A stretch of DNA of 64,000 nucleotides from Antechinus flavipes (Eukaryota). Positions 63,685-64,000 of the stretch are shown piece by piece. The stretch's first letter is position 1. Every line of letters starts with the position of its first letter. The notes below the pieces were generated by a model that did no database searches, was not told where the DNA came from, and worked only from the letters and a program-made list of their open reading frames with translations. The translations under genes and the position numbers were made by a program. Location: assembly GCF_016432865.1 (NCBI RefSeq), contig NC_067400.1, positions 502,572,001-502,636,000 on the forward strand, given 5' to 3'.

Positions 63685-63850
63685 ATTGGTGTCCTTTATT
63701 CTCAAAGAGGACCAAAATGACATCACTAGACTCGAATTACAATGTTTCCAACTGTGACTGATAAGATCAATATGAGCTCAGAATGCTCTACCACTGGTTG
63801 GGCACAAATAGTCCATGTTTACATTTGGGGTGAATTCTCCAACTAAGCTC
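63685..63850. mobile_element. RTE-related element fragment
   Basis: gtcctttattctcaaagaggaccaaaatgacatca is the same terminus as the 1305 and 12385 copies. Confidence 0.55.
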
Positions 63851-64000
63851 ATCTCATATATCTGTGCTCTCCTCAGTAGAGTTGGAATGCTCAGCAGTTT
63901 AGTCTGAGAAAGGACCTCAGTGTCTGGTATCTTATCCTGTCAGATGATCTTCAGAATCTTCCTAAGACAATTTAAATTGAAGTGCTTCCATCTCCTGAGA

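Larger units (their letters stand above)
14200..64000 (+). other. ELMOD1: ELMOD1 gene locus, 5' part (exons 1-5; continues beyond the window)
   Basis: Four coding exons (17+146+29+98 nt) splice in frame via GT-AG sites into a 97-residue N-terminus that matches my recollection of vertebrate ELMOD1. The TSS is approximate. Confidence 0.95.

Noticed and set aside
124-63726. The many 60-120 aa ORFs in the supplied track
   Set aside because: Apart from 54045..54287 (ELMOD1 exon 3) and TE-derived pieces (2847..3056 L1 EN, 40039..40245 ORF1-like), they look like chance ORFs in AT-rich or repeat DNA. Those at 17684 and 22792/22820 merely run through N-gaps.
57166-64000. ELMOD1 exon 6 (expected to begin about LGISLQACLLQIVGY, from memory)
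   Set aside because: I could not find this peptide in any + frame by eye. It probably lies beyond the window, so intron 5 exceeds 6.8 kb.

Overview
AT-rich marsupial genomic DNA. The repeat set (WSINE1-, Mar1-, MIR/Ther-, P7SL- and HAL1-like) points to an Australian marsupial, probably a dasyurid; this is inference, and two N-gaps indicate a short-read assembly. The window holds the 5' half of one protein-coding gene on the + strand, ELMOD1 (ELMO-domain ARF/ARL GAP). It has a CpG-island promoter with an inferred non-coding exon 1 ending at 14554, exon 2 (36896-36993, ATG at 36977) and coding exons 54134-54279, 54443-54471 and 57068-57165. These splice in frame with GT-AG ends to give residues 1-97 (MKHFLRMLIQVCVYFYCKCLWRC...KKINPDINPQ). 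The next exon was not found in the window. The rest is intergenic or intronic and dense in old LINE, SINE, LTR and DNA-transposon remnants, often nested. I see no CRISPR array, intact RNA gene, intact transposon or clearly new multi-gene system. The best leads concern control of the ELMOD1 5' end: a junction-spanning uORF, a candidate alternative start exon (MVESR-), a candidate poison exon in intron 2, and a phase-symmetric exon 3-5 block. All are sequence-based hypotheses. Repeat family names come from recalled consensus motifs, not a database search, and boundaries of old repeats are approximate.
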